Of a stretch of 64,000 nucleotides of DNA, positions 13,060 to 26,439 are shown piece after piece. The stretch's first letter is position 1; each line of letters opens with the position of its first letter. The stretch lies in the NCBI RefSeq assembly GCF_004010195.1, contig NC_057728.1, positions 46,528,645 through 46,592,644 on the forward strand, read 5' to 3'. The notes below the pieces were generated by a model. The model ran no database searches and had not been told where the DNA came from. It saw only the letters and a list, made by a program, of their open reading frames with translations. Source of the DNA: Chiloscyllium plagiosum. Lineage: Eukaryota. Made by a program: the position numbers and the translations under genes.

Positions 13060-14640
13060 TTAACCCGTCAACCCATTGCTAATCTGTCAATCTCACCTTT
13101 GAATTTACTTAATGTCCCAACACTCCCCCACCTTTGGAGTGGCAAATTTCACAGACTCCTGACCCTTTTAGAGAATTTATCCTCATCTCTATTTTAAATC
13201 TGTTACCCCTTATCCTAAAATTATGACCTCTCATTCTAGATTACCCCACAGGAGGAATCGACTCGATCTCCTCTCAATATTCTAAACTCCAGAGAGTGTC
13301 GGCCTGAACGGCTCCAAATCCTGCTTCAATTACGATGAAATTGTGCATGGTAGGGGAATTAAGGTTTATGGGGATAACGCAGGTAGGAGAAGCTGAGACA
13401 ATGGATAGATCAGTCATGATCCTAATGAATGACAGAGCAGGCTCAACGGGTAAATGGCCTACTCCTGCTTCTATCCCATTCTGTGAAACTACTCAATCTT
13501 TCAGCATAAGACAAATCCCTCATCTGTGAAACCTCCTTTGATTTGTCTCCAAAACAACTTCATCCTCCTCAAGGAAGGGAACCAAAATTGCACGGAATAC
13601 TCCAGGTGTAGTCTCATGGATGCACTGTACATTGCAGCACTCCTTCCCTACTTTTATCCTCTATTCCTTTTGTAATTGCTCTCCTTTGTCTTTCTTATTA
13701 CCTGCTGTATCTATATGCAATGTTTCAGTGATTCATGCGCAAAGACACTAGGTCCCTCTACAACAAAACACTTTGTACTTTTTTCTCCATTTAGGTAATA
13801 AGCTGCCATTCTATTCCTCTGACCAAAAAGGATAACTTCATACTTATCCACTTTAAACTTCATCAGACACATTTGGGCTCATTCATTTAAGCTATCCATA
13901 TTCACATGTAAATTTCTTATTTCTTCATTGCAGCTTACTTTTCCACCTATTTTTGTGCCAACTGCAAATTTGGCTATGGTGCTTTCTGTCCCTGCATCCA
14001 AATCATTAATGTCAATTGCAAATAGTTGGGAGCAAGGACAGAACCCTATGCTACCCCATGAGTTGAAGTTTGCTAACCAGAAAAAGACCCATTTATCCTA
14101 ACTCTCTTCTTTCTGTTGATTAATGAATCCTCTGTTCAAGCTAATAAATTACCTCTAACCCCATGTGATCTTACCTTGTGCATTAATCTTTGGTGCGGCA
14201 CAATATCAATGCCATCTGGAGGTCCAAGTATACCACATCTGCAGGATCTCCATTATCTACCTTGATTGTTACATCTTTGAAGAACTCTAGCAAATTAGCC
14301 AAACACAATTTGCCATTTATTAAATCATGCTGACTCTGATGGATTGTGTTCTGATTTTACAAATATACTGTTTCTACTTCCTTAATAACAGATTCTAACA
14401 ATTTCCCAATGACACATGAAACTAACTGATCTGTGGTTCCCAACTTTGTGCCTCACTCCCTTTTTGAATAAAGGTGTTAGCTTAAAATCTTTCCAATCCA
14501 CTAGAACCTTCCCCTCATCAAGGGAATTGTGGGATATTATAACCACTGTATCCACTATCTGCTCCCAGTCCCTTTAAGATGCTAGGTTGTAAGCCATCAC
14601 ATCTTGTAGACTTGTCTGCCTTCAATCCCAGGTGTTTGTT
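13060..14640 (-). mobile_element. Old CR1 LINE (RT to 3' region); its 3' tip lies at ~10770-10865
   Basis: Degenerate RT motifs on minus strand (KFAxxTK-like gcaaattt..ttttgtgcc; catgctgactctg = QHGF region). Confidence 0.7.
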
Positions 14641-15134
14641 CTAGATGGAGGGGAACCTTGGGTTGCAACAGTTTAAGTAGGCAGCTCACCACCACCTTCT
14701 CAAGGGTAACTAGGGACCATCAATAAATACTGGCCCAGCTAGCAATGCCTACATTGCCTGAGTGAACAAATAAAACCTCCTAGCCTGATGTGCACATAAC
14801 TCTTATCCATAGTAATGCCTTCTGAAGTGTATCTGGCAAAGTAACTAAAGATATGGCAACCACCTTTCAAAAATAAATGTGGTTCTATTACTAAGCATGC
14901 ACCAATTTACTTCATTGAGCAAGTTTCACTCATAAGTTACATTCCACCCATTAATTTATCAGGTGCAGTATGAACTCCAACAGTGGCCATAAACCCTTCC
15001 TTAGAGCAACTTTCTATTTCCATTTATATAAAAAGATGTTCGAGATCGCTTGTTTTTCCTATTCTCACCTTCGGTCACTCACAACAGAATAAAAACCAAA
15101 AGTTCACATGCCAGTGTTGCTCTGTCAGATGACA

Positions 15135-15450
15135 TGGAATCCCTACAGTGAGGAAAGAAGCCATTTGGTCCATTGATCTGTACTTACAGTCCAAACAGCA
15201 TCCCATCCAGACCCCCATGGTTAACTGACCCAGCCTGTACATCCCTGTACATCACAGAGCAATTTTTAGCACAGCAAATCCACCTCACCTACACATCTTT
15301 GAACTATGGGAGGAAACCAGAGCACCAGAAACCCATACAGACATGGGGAGAAGTCGGCAAATTCCATACAGTCACCCATGGTGGGAATCGAATAAAGCTC
15401 ATTGGCATTGCAAGGTAGCAGTTCTAATCACTGAGTCACTATGCCATCCT
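15135..15450 (-). mobile_element. Decayed HE1-like V-SINE
   Basis: cacatctttgaactatgggaggaaaccagagcacc = reverse V-domain. Confidence 0.75.
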
Positions 15451-15700
15451 TTTAGATAGGGTGTCAAAACTGGGCTCCCTTGGCACCTTGTTGAAGAGAA
15501 AGGATGTTATCCACATATCATGATCAATATTTATCCCACAATAAACACCAAAACTAAGTAGTTTATTAGATCATATTCTCATTGCTGTTTGTGTGCGCTT
15601 CCTGTGGGCAAACTGGCTGCTCTATTTCTAACATTACAAAAGTGATTGCAGTTCAAAACTATTTAATTGGCTCTAAAATACTTTGAAACAGCCGATGGTC
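15450..15700 (+). mobile_element. DeuSINE-like (SacSINE1/AmnSINE1-type) relic; another at ~49020-49230
   Basis: caatatttatccc...cattgctgtttgtg..cttcctgtgggcaaactggctgc..acattacaaaagtga..aattggct resembles the Deu domain as I recall it. Confidence 0.6.
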
Positions 15701-15799
15701 ATGAATGTTTCAACATACTTTTCTTTTTCTAGACTATCCACTGTGCAATTGTAATGTCGCTTACCAGTTAGTATTATAAATTTAATTTTGTACTTAGGA

Positions 15800-16060
15800 T
15801 GCACGTTTGCTAACTGAGCTGCAAGGTTCATTTCCAGACATTTCATTACCCTGCTGGGTAGCATCTTCAGTAGGCCTCAGATGAAGCAATGCTGAAAATT
15901 CCTGCTTTCTATTTATATGTTTGGGTTTCTTTGGGTCGGTGATGTCATTTCCTGTGGTGATGTTATTTCCTGTGGTGAAGTCACTTCCTGTTCCTTTTCT
16001 CAGGGGGTGGTAGATGGGGTCTAACTCGATGTGTTTGTTGATAGAGTTCCGGTTGGAATT
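15800..16060 (-). mobile_element. Poseidon-type PLE 3' end with hammerhead motif (family C)
   Basis: Minus strand encodes SNRNSINKHIELDPIYHPL (PLE GIY-YIG C-terminus); then CTGAAGA T GCTACCC AGCA GGGTAAT GAAA TGTC at 15836-15870. Confidence 0.75.
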
Positions 16061-16749
16061 AAAACTAGTTAATTTCGTGTCTCATTCGGCCTAAGTGTTT
16101 TGACTGTCAGGTGTCCAACTGGAACTCCCCATTGTTTCAGCATGTTCACCCAATAGTTGCTGAACCAAACTGACCAGGAAAATTAGGTCCAATCAGATTT
16201 ATAATCAGAATCGTGAAATTGAAATACTGAAACTGTCATCAGTAGTAGTGAGTCAGGAACAGGAATATCAGGCAATGTTCCCATTCCTGACTGATGACCA
16301 GCAATGTCTGTTGGGGATACTTATTTCGACCATTTAATGAAGACAGTGAAAAACCTGACTGTGATTTTTCACATAGTTAAATAGTCCACAAATATCCACC
16401 ACCATTGTTTGCACATAAATAATCCGATGGAAAATATTTAGTGAAGGGAGAGAAAAGGCCTGACGTTTAACAATTTATAGCCAAGTCTTGTGGTGCATTG
16501 GGGAGTATCCCTGCCTCCCAGTCAGATCTAGGATCGAGGTGAACTCCAGGCCATGATGGCTAAGAAAGATACATTTATAATATGATCAAACAGGGTTAAG
16601 TATCAACTTGTAAATACTTCTAACATACATCAATGACAGGTGGTGAGAGCAGGCTAATTTCCTAGTCTGCCATTGTAACGGAAAGAAGTTTTAGCCTACA
16701 ACATTAATATCTATCCCTTCAGGGTATAACATGCATGTGCATGTTACAT

Positions 16750-16875
16750 TGCTGATGAAGGGCTTTTGCCCAAAACATCAATTTTCCTGCTCCTCCGATG
16801 CTGCCTGACCTGCTGTGCAATTCCAGCACATTAATCTTGACTCTAATCTCCAGCATCTGCAGTACCCACTTCCAC
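16750..16875 (+). mobile_element. PLE terminal repeat family A, hammerhead decayed by CpG transitions
   Basis: CTGATGA A GGGC TTTT GCCC AAAA CATC then the family A tail. Confidence 0.75.
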
Positions 16876-17007
16876 TATGTTATAGGCATGTTGAGGCCAG
16901 TTAATGAAGTCAGTTCAGTGGGTGATATGGATCAAACAGACGCAAATAGCTCAGTGAGATTTTTGGTCTCTGTCTCTCTATACCAATTGAGGTGGATTCA
17001 GCTGTAC

Positions 17008-17205
17008 ACATAGAGTCATAGAGATGTACAGCACGGAAACAGACCCTTCAGCCCAACTCTTCCATGCCGACCAGCTATCCCAACCCAATCTAATCCTACC
17101 TGCTAGCACCTGGCCCATATCCCAGCAAACCCTTCCTATCCATATACCCATCCAGATGTCTTTTAAATGTTGCAATTGTACTCGCCTCCACCACTTCTTC
17201 TAGCA
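17008..17205 (-). mobile_element. CR1 LINE 3' end
   Basis: Reverse complement of the 10000-10190 CR1 end. Confidence 0.85.
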
Positions 17206-18869
17206 TGATAGAGACCACAGTACAGTGGGTTGGGCCTGTCTTTGGGTTGGGAAACTGGAAAAGGAGAATGCAACCAGGTCAATATATTAGAGGAAGGAGG
17301 AAAAATAATTGGTGAGAAAAGAAGTATTTATATCCCTTTCTGCCTCATAAATGCTAGATTTATAATCTTGGTTTGGTCAATACATGCTCCACAGGATTGT
17401 GAAATTGCATTAATTCTCATTTATGTTCTTCGGAGCGACAGTATTTGAAAGCTTTGATGGATCAAGCTAATTACAAATAATTTGATGAGTTTGTCAAAAT
17501 AAAACATAGAAGATTGCCATGAAATACATCAAACAGGACACTAAAAATAGCACGGTGATGGATTTCAATTTGCATGATGTAGAAATTATCGCTATTTTTC
17601 ACAAGCAGGCATTTTATAGAGGTTTTCTTTCCTTTTTGCCCACCGGTAATATGTTCATCTCAACTGCAACATTTTTGAGGGTGTTGGATGATCTGTGAAT
17701 TTTACTGAGTTCACATTGTATCACAATCAATGAGCACTTGAGAAAATCTACAACCTGCCCCTCACATAATCAATATTAAGGGCATGGGACAGTGTGGGCT
17801 TTGCTGAAAAAATGTGGTAGAATTGTGCAAAACTTCTGTCTTAAATTCTTGATGTGAGGAGCAACTTACTGTATCTCTTTACTGAGTTCCATGCTTGAGG
17901 TCAGGTTCACCTTGCTAAAATGCAGCTCCATATCCTACAATCCACAATGAGCAAACGAGGTGTCGGGAATTCTAACATGTAAGTCAGCACAGGTAGTTGA
18001 CAGCTTCACAGGGTCTGAAGAGTGCCCATGTTGGTCAGCACCAAACAGCATCTCAGGCTATGATGCATGGGCACCAGCCACAAATAGCACTAATCCACAG
18101 ACGTTGGCATCCGATAATTGCCAAACCCTCAGGATCCTCATGACATGTCTCTGATCCACTTGCTGACACAGACTAAGAGCTTGGCAGTGGTCACTCATTA
18201 CAGTCAGGGAACGTGTCCAATCTGGGGAATCGTCAACCATCAGTCCTGTAGGGCCATCAAACACAATTAGGCAAATTGTACAGCGTCAGTTGGGAGCTGC
18301 AAATACTGTGGTGAGGAGTCTGGTCAGTCATGTCTAGAGGCTTTTTGTGGAAGCCTGTTGGAGATCTGAGGTGAATACAATCCTGGCAGCCCAAGCATTC
18401 ATTGTTAAGGAGGATGCAAGGGAGGGTTGTTGGGGCAGAGAGGGGAACATTGTTAATAGGTGGTGGAGCAATTTAGCCTATGGGATAGAAGGCAGGGAAC
18501 AGCCAAGATGTGTGTTGAAATGTGGAAAAGGATGGTGAAGGGGTCAAAGTCAAGATATATGGGCATATGCAGAACATCATTGGAGGGGATGCAGAATGGG
18601 CGATATTGGCATTGACTACTACTGTAACCTCACTTGCCATTCTCCAGATATGACCATACCCAGGGTGGTTGGAGTCAGTGTTAGTGTCAGTATGTGGTCC
18701 ACGTCTGCTGGATGCAAGGACATTGAATGAACAAACAGATAAAGCAAGCATTTGCAAACACAAGCTACATTTAATTTGCAATCACTTCATCAGCCAGTCA
18801 CAATGCATGCAGAGTGAACATGGTTAGGGTCCAAATGCTAGTCAAATACAATTTGCACAATGCCACTGG

Positions 18870-20025
18870 TCTTTGCACATTGAAAATTGGCATCTTGATG
18901 ATGCTTACGTTTGCAGCAGTGACTTGAAGAGCAAAGGCGACCTATCACTTGTGCAACCTGTCTGGCTGCTGTGTCATTGCTTTGTCATCTGCCATGTAAA
19001 TATTATGATAGACTGTGTTACATGCAATGATAAGTTTAATGGTTGTTGTGATTCTAAGGTGGGAAGAGGGTTGGACAAAGCAGGCATTCCTTTTTGATGT
19101 CATCTGTTGCTCATTCATCCGGTAGGTCTCTTCACAAAGTTGACTCACATACTGAGACTGAAGCTGAATGAATGGCCTTCATTATCACGGTGCTGCATGG
19201 CTCACTGTATGGAGCAGGCTATGCAGCCCTCATGGTCCTGGTTCGCTCCTTATCTTCCCAACATAAACCATTACCATCAAGAGTTTGCAGTCACAGGACC
19301 CTCAGGATGTGTAGGGTCCCAGTGGCAGGGCATGATGTAGATAAAGACTCTGTATGTCCCAGGATAGCATGATGGACTATGCCAGGTGCTAGAGTGGCAC
19401 AAGAGGGCTGCAGGAGTGGGAGACCATCCTCTCTCCCAGTAGTTGTGAAGGTGAGAGCTGCTTTGAACTTCAAAGTTACTGTTCTCCTCCAGTGAGTAAT
19501 AAGTGACTTGTATGGTATCTCTCAGTCATACATCCACAAATGCATCAGAATTGTGTCCAATGCCCATTTGTGCAAGTTCACACCAGCTCATTTTGTGATG
19601 AGGTCAGTGCTGCAGCCCAGCAGTGGGCTTCCAGAACACAGCTGGCTTCCCCCAAGTGCAGAGTGCTGTCCATTGCACACTGCGAGGGTCTTGATCATAA
19701 CACTGTCAAATTCATTCACAGAAAGACTACTATGCTATTCAGTTAGTGCTCAGGTGCTCTGGGATCACCAATATCACAGCCTGGAAGTGTGTGCCTACCA
19801 CCCTGGCAGCTATCACACTTCTTACAATGTGGAGCACTCTTGTGTACCTGGTACATCTGAGTGTTCAGGTGCTTTTCAAGGCTGGTTCCTGGGAGATGTG
19901 GGAAACCCACTGTGACCATGGCTCAGGACAATAATGTGCAAGCCCCTGACTGATGCTGACTATAATGCCACCCATGTCTCAACCAGGGTCGTGATGGACC
20001 AGGCGATAGGGCAGTTGAAGACGTC
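18870..20025 (+). pseudogene. Decayed PIF/Harbinger transposase (HARBI1-like DDE) and upstream element sequence
   Basis: Frameshifted motifs: LPVVVKV.AALNF, LYGISQSYIHKCIR, GFPQVQSAVHCTH (cf. GAIDCTH), YHPGSYH, QGWFLGD.G.PL, YNATHVSTRVVMDQAIGQLK. Confidence 0.75.
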
Positions 20026-20639
20026 TGTTGTAAGAGTAATTTTTGTTAGTGGGGGAATATTAATGTATGTAATCATTCCACCACAGAGACAAATAAACTC
20101 CTATCCTTGCCTCATCTAGAGAATACATACGTTATTATCGAGTCCTAAAGTAGCATGAGATGTGAACACACCGAGGGGGTTTCCTTACTCTATTGGCATC
20201 AGGTCATTACAAACAGGAAGGAAATTAAGGATAAACCAGGTACTATTTAGGCTATGTACATGGAATGACCATGTTGGACTGAGGAACTGATTTGTCTGTC
20301 TGCTCCCTATCCCAATAGCCCCCCACAAAAGACTCTTATTTCTTTCCAGCAAGAGCCTGTTCGACTTTTTCAGCTCCCCTCCTTCAATGATGTCACCTGG
20401 TGATGGAGGTCCTGGTGAACTGCTCGGCTCCTTTGCTCAGTGCTGTCTTGTTACAATAAGAGTTATGTTGACCAACAAATGAATGGGGAAAGGGCCTAAA
20501 CTGGTGCTATTTTCTTTAGTTGATCCTAAAGAACTTGATCTGGAAAGATAAGTTAGAATCAACTGGAATTTCTGTTACTTATGTAATGGCAAGTTCAGAT
20601 TTTGAGATACAGGAGGCAATGAAATAAGATAGAACCTAC

Positions 20640-21740
20640 AGTGTTAGGGACAAGATACTAACACCATGGATAGAGGGTTGGCTGACTGGCAGATGGCAGA
20701 GAGTAGGGATAAAGGAGTCCTTTTCAAAGTGGCAGCTTCGTGGAGTTCGGCAGGCATCAGTGTTGGGAGCACAACTATTTACATTATACCTTAACGTTCT
20801 GGATGAAGGAACTGAGGCCATTGTTGGTAAGTTTGCAGATGACACAAAGATAGGTGGAGAGACAAATAGTGTAGAGGAGGTGGGAAGGCTGCAGAAGCTG
20901 TTAGTCCAGGAGAGTAAGCAAAGAAATCGCAGATGGAATACAACATGAGGAAGTGTGAGGTCATGCACTTTAGTAGGGAGAATAAAAGTGTATTTTTCCT
21001 ATTTTTTGAAAGGGGAAATTTGAAGATGAAAGGGACTTGTGAGTCCTAACTCAGGAGTCTTTTAAGGTTAACATGCAGGTTTAGTTGGCAATTAGGAAGG
21101 CAAATGCAATGTTCGCATTCATTTCAAGAGGGCTAGAATCACAAGAGCAGAGATATACTGCTAAGACTGTGTTTGGAATATTGTGAGCAGTTTTGAGGCC
21201 TGTATAAAAGGAAGGATCTGCTGGCCTTTTGGAAGGAAGGGGGTGTGTGTCCAGAGGAGGTTCACAAGAATGATCCCAGGAATGAAAGATTGTTATATGA
21301 GGAGGGGTTGAGGTTTCTGCGTCAGTACTCGATGGAGTTAGAAGGATGAGGGGGAAATCTCATTGAAATTTGCAGAATACCGAGAGGCCCCGATACAGTG
21401 GATGTGGAGAAGATGTCTCCACTAGTAAGAGAAACTAGGACCCAAGGGCACAGTCTCAGAGTGAAAGGATGGCCCTTTAGAACTGAGATAGGAGGAACTT
21501 CTTCAGTCAGAGTGTGGTTAATCAATGGAACTCACTACTGCAGAGGGCTGTGGAAGCCAAGTCATTGACTGTTTTTAAGACGGAGATGGATAGGTAGTTG
21601 ATTAGTGAGGGATCAAGGGTTATGGGGAGCAGGTAGGAGAATGGGTTTGAGAAACATATCAGCCATGATCAAATCACAGAGTAGACTTAAGGGGCTGAAT
21701 GGTTTAATTCTGCTGCTGTTTCTGATGGGTCTTATGGTAC
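20640..21740 (+). mobile_element. Decayed CR1 LINE 3' half
   Basis: VGKFADDTKIGG catalytic motif and CR1 C-terminus / 3' UTR. Confidence 0.85.
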
Positions 21741-21879
21741 TTGGTATAGGGAGGGACTTGGAGGAGATATTTTAAAGCTTAGTAATCCCAAATTGTGATA
21801 TTTGGGCGGAGGATGCAGTTCAAATACTTACTGCCTCAATACTTTTGACTAGAAATTCATATTACAGAGAACAAATAAA

Positions 21880-22785
21880 TCACGTTGACTCCCCTTCAAG
21901 CAGAGCCAACATGGTTTTGTGAAAGGGAAATCATGTTCGATAAAGCTGCTAAAGTTCTTTGAGGAAACAACAAGCATGATTGTTAAAGGGGAACCGGAAA
22001 AAGTCATTTATTTGTAATTCCAGAAGACATTCGATAAGGTTCTATATGAACGGTTATTAAAAAAGACAGAAACTCACAGTATTGGGGGTAATGCATGAAT
22101 CTGATTGAAGAATTAAAACACAGAAGACAGTCAGGATTGATTGGTCTTTTCCAGATTGGAGAGATGTTCACTAGTGGAGTGTCACAAGGATCACTTCTGG
22201 GGCCTTAATTATTTCTTGTTTGTGTTAATGACTTAGAGGAGGGGAAAAGTGTAGTGTATCCAAATTTGCTGATGATACAAAAATAGTGGGAGTAGATGTT
22301 TTGAATCTGCAAGGGTTAACAGATAGCTTGAGTTGAGAGCTAAAACTTGGCAGATGGAGTTTAATGTAGGAAAGTGGAAAGTCATGTACTTTGGTAGCTA
22401 GAAGCAAAAGGCCTTTATTCATTAAAGTTTAGAAGAGCAGGATGTTATCTGATTAAATTGTACAAGATTCTGAGGGAGCTTGACAGAGCAGATGGTGATT
22501 TTTCGATTAGTAGGGAAGTCTCGAACACTCATTTAAAATTGAGGCATGAAGGAATTGCTTCTCTCAAAGGGTAGTAATTGTCTGGAATTCTCTATCACAG
22601 AGGTTGTGATTGCTAGGTCTCTGAAAGTATTTAAAGAGAACAGAGATTTTTTTTGCAATGTTAGGGGGTTGAGGGCAATGATGAACTTGCATGAATAAAG
22701 AGTTGAGCCCAGGATCGATCATGATGGGCCAGGATCGATCATGATGGAGCAAAATGGCCTATTCCTGATCCTATTTCTTATGTTC
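21880..22785 (+). mobile_element. Decayed, internally deleted CR1 LINE
   Basis: QHGFVKGKSC, GVSQGSLLG, KFADDTK remnants; tail cctatttcttatgttct. Confidence 0.8.
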
Positions 22786-23699
22786 TGCTAAAGATTGTTG
22801 TTTCAACAGAAATCTCAGATTTCTACAACAAATCCCTGCCCAACCACATTCAAACACAAGAACTAGTCCCCCTTAATCTTGACTTCTTATTCAAGGGACT
22901 ATTCCCTCTCCTACCAATTGCTGTTCCTTGTTTTGTCAATCGGATTTGCCCCAGGTTGGTCCTCAAGAATGATCTGACCATCAAACTTGCCATGGGCTTT
23001 TCAGCCTCCCAAATAGGCAGACCTCTTCGTAGGCTACACTCTTGCCTTCGTGTTAAATTGACCCTTTGGTTTCTAACAAAATACATGCCTGCAGCACTTT
23101 TAGCACACACAAGCCGTAATCTCAACTGCTACAGGCTGACAGACCCCTACAGACTTCAGGAAATCAAATGTTTAGCCCCACAGCTTGAAGTAATTAAACT
23201 AAAATATCACAGTGCTGATTCCGTTAAAAATCTCTAACAGTCCTGAAGCTTATTACCACTTCTCTGTGGGTATAATTGCAGTAGTAATCTGTGAACAGTT
23301 TACTTGCTTATTTTAAATAATTTGGATTTGATGCAATATCCACGGGCACAAGTGGAAATTCAATATATCTGGTTATGTATTTGGGAGAACTAAATGGATC
23401 AGAACACATAAGGCATTGTAACATTGGTAGAGCAAGAAATGGAGTGTGCAACAAAAAGCATTTCAAGTATTATCTGCTACCTGTGACAGTTCGCAAAATT
23501 CTTCAGCCACATCATGAAGGGTGTTTTTTTTATTCATAATCCAGAGAACAGGCTCCCATCCACCAGAGAATAATCTCAACAACAATTTTCAGCATCACTG
23601 ACAAGCGACAGGATGTATCTGCAAAAGCCATCTATCCTAATTATTAGAAAGAGGAATTATCTCACAACACTGAATCATTGAATCAAACTGATGCTTATC

Positions 23700-23970
23700 A
23701 AGCAATAACAGAGTGCTGGAGAAACACAGCGGGTCTGGCAGCATCTGTGGAGAAAACCAGTTAACATTTTGAATCCAGTGACCTTTGACCACTGCATTAT
23801 CTACAAATATGCAAACTAGGACTGGAAGTAAGTCATTCAGCCCCTCCGCCTGCATTGGCATGGATGATTCACATTCTGGAGAGGAGTTATGAGATATCAT
23901 GTTAACTTTGTTTCTTTCTACACAGATGCCACAAGACCTGCTGAGTTTCTCCAGCACTTTGCTTTTATCC
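23700..23970. mobile_element. Old head-to-head PLE terminal-repeat pair with a spacer
   Basis: agtgctggagaaacacagcgggtctggcagcatctgtgga at left is the reverse complement of acagatgccacaagacctgctgagtttctccagcact at right. Confidence 0.65.
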
Positions 23971-24094
23971 TTTTGTGTTCAGTTCCTATTATATTAATGC
24001 ACAGTTTCTCATTAGCCACCTTTATTATGTACTGTAACTGATGACTAACCCGTGCTAGACTATCTAAATTCCTCAGCACCTCACTTCCACAAAC

Positions 24095-25265
24095 ATGAGG
24101 TGACAAGGAAGATTAATGAAGGCAGAGCAATAGATGTTGATTATATGGACTTCAGCAAGACATTCAAGAAGGTTCTGCATGGTAGACTGGTTAGTAAGGT
24201 TAGATTACATGGAATCCAGATGGAGCTAGTCAATTGAATACAAAGTTGGTTCAAAGGTAGGTGACAGAGCGTGGTGGTGGAGATTTGTTCTTCAGACTGG
24301 AGACTTTGACCAGTGGTGTGCCGTAAGGTTTGGTGCTGGGTCCACATCACTTTGTCATTTATGTAAGTCATTTGGATGTGAATATAGGATGCTTGGTTAA
24401 TAAGTTTACAGATGAAACCAAAACTTGGGGTGTCGTGGACAAAGAAGAAGGTTATCTCAGAGTACTTGATCATATGGGCTATAGGGTCAAGGACTGGCAG
24501 AATGGAGTTTTATTGAGATGAATTTGAGGTGTTGGTAAGGCAAACCAGGGCAGAGTTTGTACACTTAATGGTAGAATCCTGGGGAGAGATGCCGAACAAA
24601 GAGAGCAAGAGGTATAGGTGCATAGTTCCTTGAAAGTGGAGTTACAGATAGACAGGATGGTAAAGAAGGCATCCTTGCCTTTATTGGTCAGTGCATTGAT
24701 GTCATATTGCAGCTGTACAGACCATTGGTGAGACCACTTTTAGAATACTCCATTTAATTCTGGTCTCCCTGCCACAGGGAAGATGTTGTTAAACTTGAAA
24801 GGATTCAGAAAAGATTTACAAGGATGATGCTGGGTTTGGAGGGTTTAAGCTATAGAGAGTGGCTGAATAGGCTGGAGTGTCGGAGGCAGAGGGGTGACCT
24901 TATTAAAGGGTTATAAAATGGATAGGGTGAATACCCGGGTGAATACCCAAGGTCTTTTTCCCAGGGTGGAGGAGTCCCAATTTAGAGAGCATAGGTTTAA
25001 GGTGAGAGGAGAAAGAGTTAAAAGGGACCTGAGGGGCAACTCTTCCATGCAGAGTGTAGTGCGTGTATGGAAAAATATGTCAGAGGTAATGGTTGAGGCT
25101 GGTACAATTACAACATTTAAAAGGCACCTGGATGGGCACATAAATAAAAAGGTTTTAAAGGGATATAGGCAAAATGCTGACCAATGGGACTCGGTCAGAT
25201 TGGGATATTTGGTCAATGTGGACGGGTTGGACTGATGCTTCTGTTTTGGTGCTGCATAACTCTAC
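24095..25265 (+). mobile_element. Decayed CR1 LINE 3' half
   Basis: EVTRKINEGRAIDVDYMDFSK.F, KFTDETK, CR1 C-terminus. Confidence 0.85.
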
Positions 25266-25363
25266 TACTTTATAAAAAAAAGTTTCTAAGTCAGCAGTGA
25301 AATGATTTTCTTTATTCTTTGTTGGAAGGCGAGTATTTGTTGCCCACCCCTCAAACTGAGTGA

Positions 25364-25443
25364 GGCCCGAAACGTCGATTCTCCTGTTCCTTGGATGCTG
25401 CCTGACCTGCTGCGTTTTTCCAGCAACACATTTTCAGCTCTGA
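25364..25443 (+). mobile_element. Truncated PLE terminal repeat family A inside a SINE
   Basis: gcccgaaacgtcgattctcctgttccttggatgctgcctgacctgctg; starts within hammerhead stem II. Confidence 0.75.
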
Positions 25444-26439
25444 CTTACAACGTTGTTAGACAATCAGCCACATTGTTGTGGATCTGGAGTCACATGTAGA
25501 TGAGACTAGCTAAAGATAACAGACTTCTTTCCTTCAAGCACATTAATAAAGCAGATGGCTTTTCACAACAATTAGTGTTTGCTTCATGATCACTATTGCT
25601 GAGACTGAGTTTAATTGAATTTAATTCGATGAGCTGCCATGATGGAATTTGAACCAAGTGTCCACAAGACATTAGCTGGGCCTCTGGATTATGAAGCTTG
25701 GGATATTACCACTGTACTACCATCTCACTTAACTTTCTACACAATAAAGACATCTGCACAGTTTTGATTCCTCCGTTTTCGTACAGGTCCATTTTCTTTC
25801 AGCACCTACTCTTGAAGTACTTTTTAAAACATGTCAGGTCACAGCAGGTATTTAACAGTGATGCTGCAAAAGGTTCACAGTATATGCGAGCAATGTGATA
25901 GATCTTTCTGATAATATCAAAAAGATTGATTGATCTGTCTGTACCAGTGACTTTGATGTGCTGGTACCACTCTGAAGGGAGTAAGATAGTAGTTATGATA
26001 TGCTGTTGCCCTTCCCATTACTTTCAGATGAAAATCTATCATACTCATATGTTACTGTGCAATAATAAGCCAGCACGATGAGAATCAAATTCACTGATTA
26101 GAAGCCTTTTAATTGTTGCTATGTCGAAATATTGATAAGGATTTAACAGTAAATTGGGTGTTAGTAAATCATTGGTAAATATTTTGCTGTTTACATGCAT
26201 CACTAATTCTTCCTTATATTTTGACAGGCAGTAGCTTTTGCTGGGCCTTGGTGTGCAATTTCCCAGTTCTTCTAATTTCAGGAAGTCCATAAAATGTGCA
26301 ATTTTAAGTGGCTTGGAACTGTTAGGACATGATATAAAAACCTCATGCTGGTTTGTATGATATCTTCCAGTTTTCATTCTGGATTACAAACAGGAGCAAG
26401 AAGTCTAGCTAATTTATTTGCCAATCTGTAATACTGTAG

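Noticed and set aside
20026..20456. Possible solo LTR (tgt...aca) truncating the Harbinger relic
   Set aside because: No target-site duplication or second copy visible.
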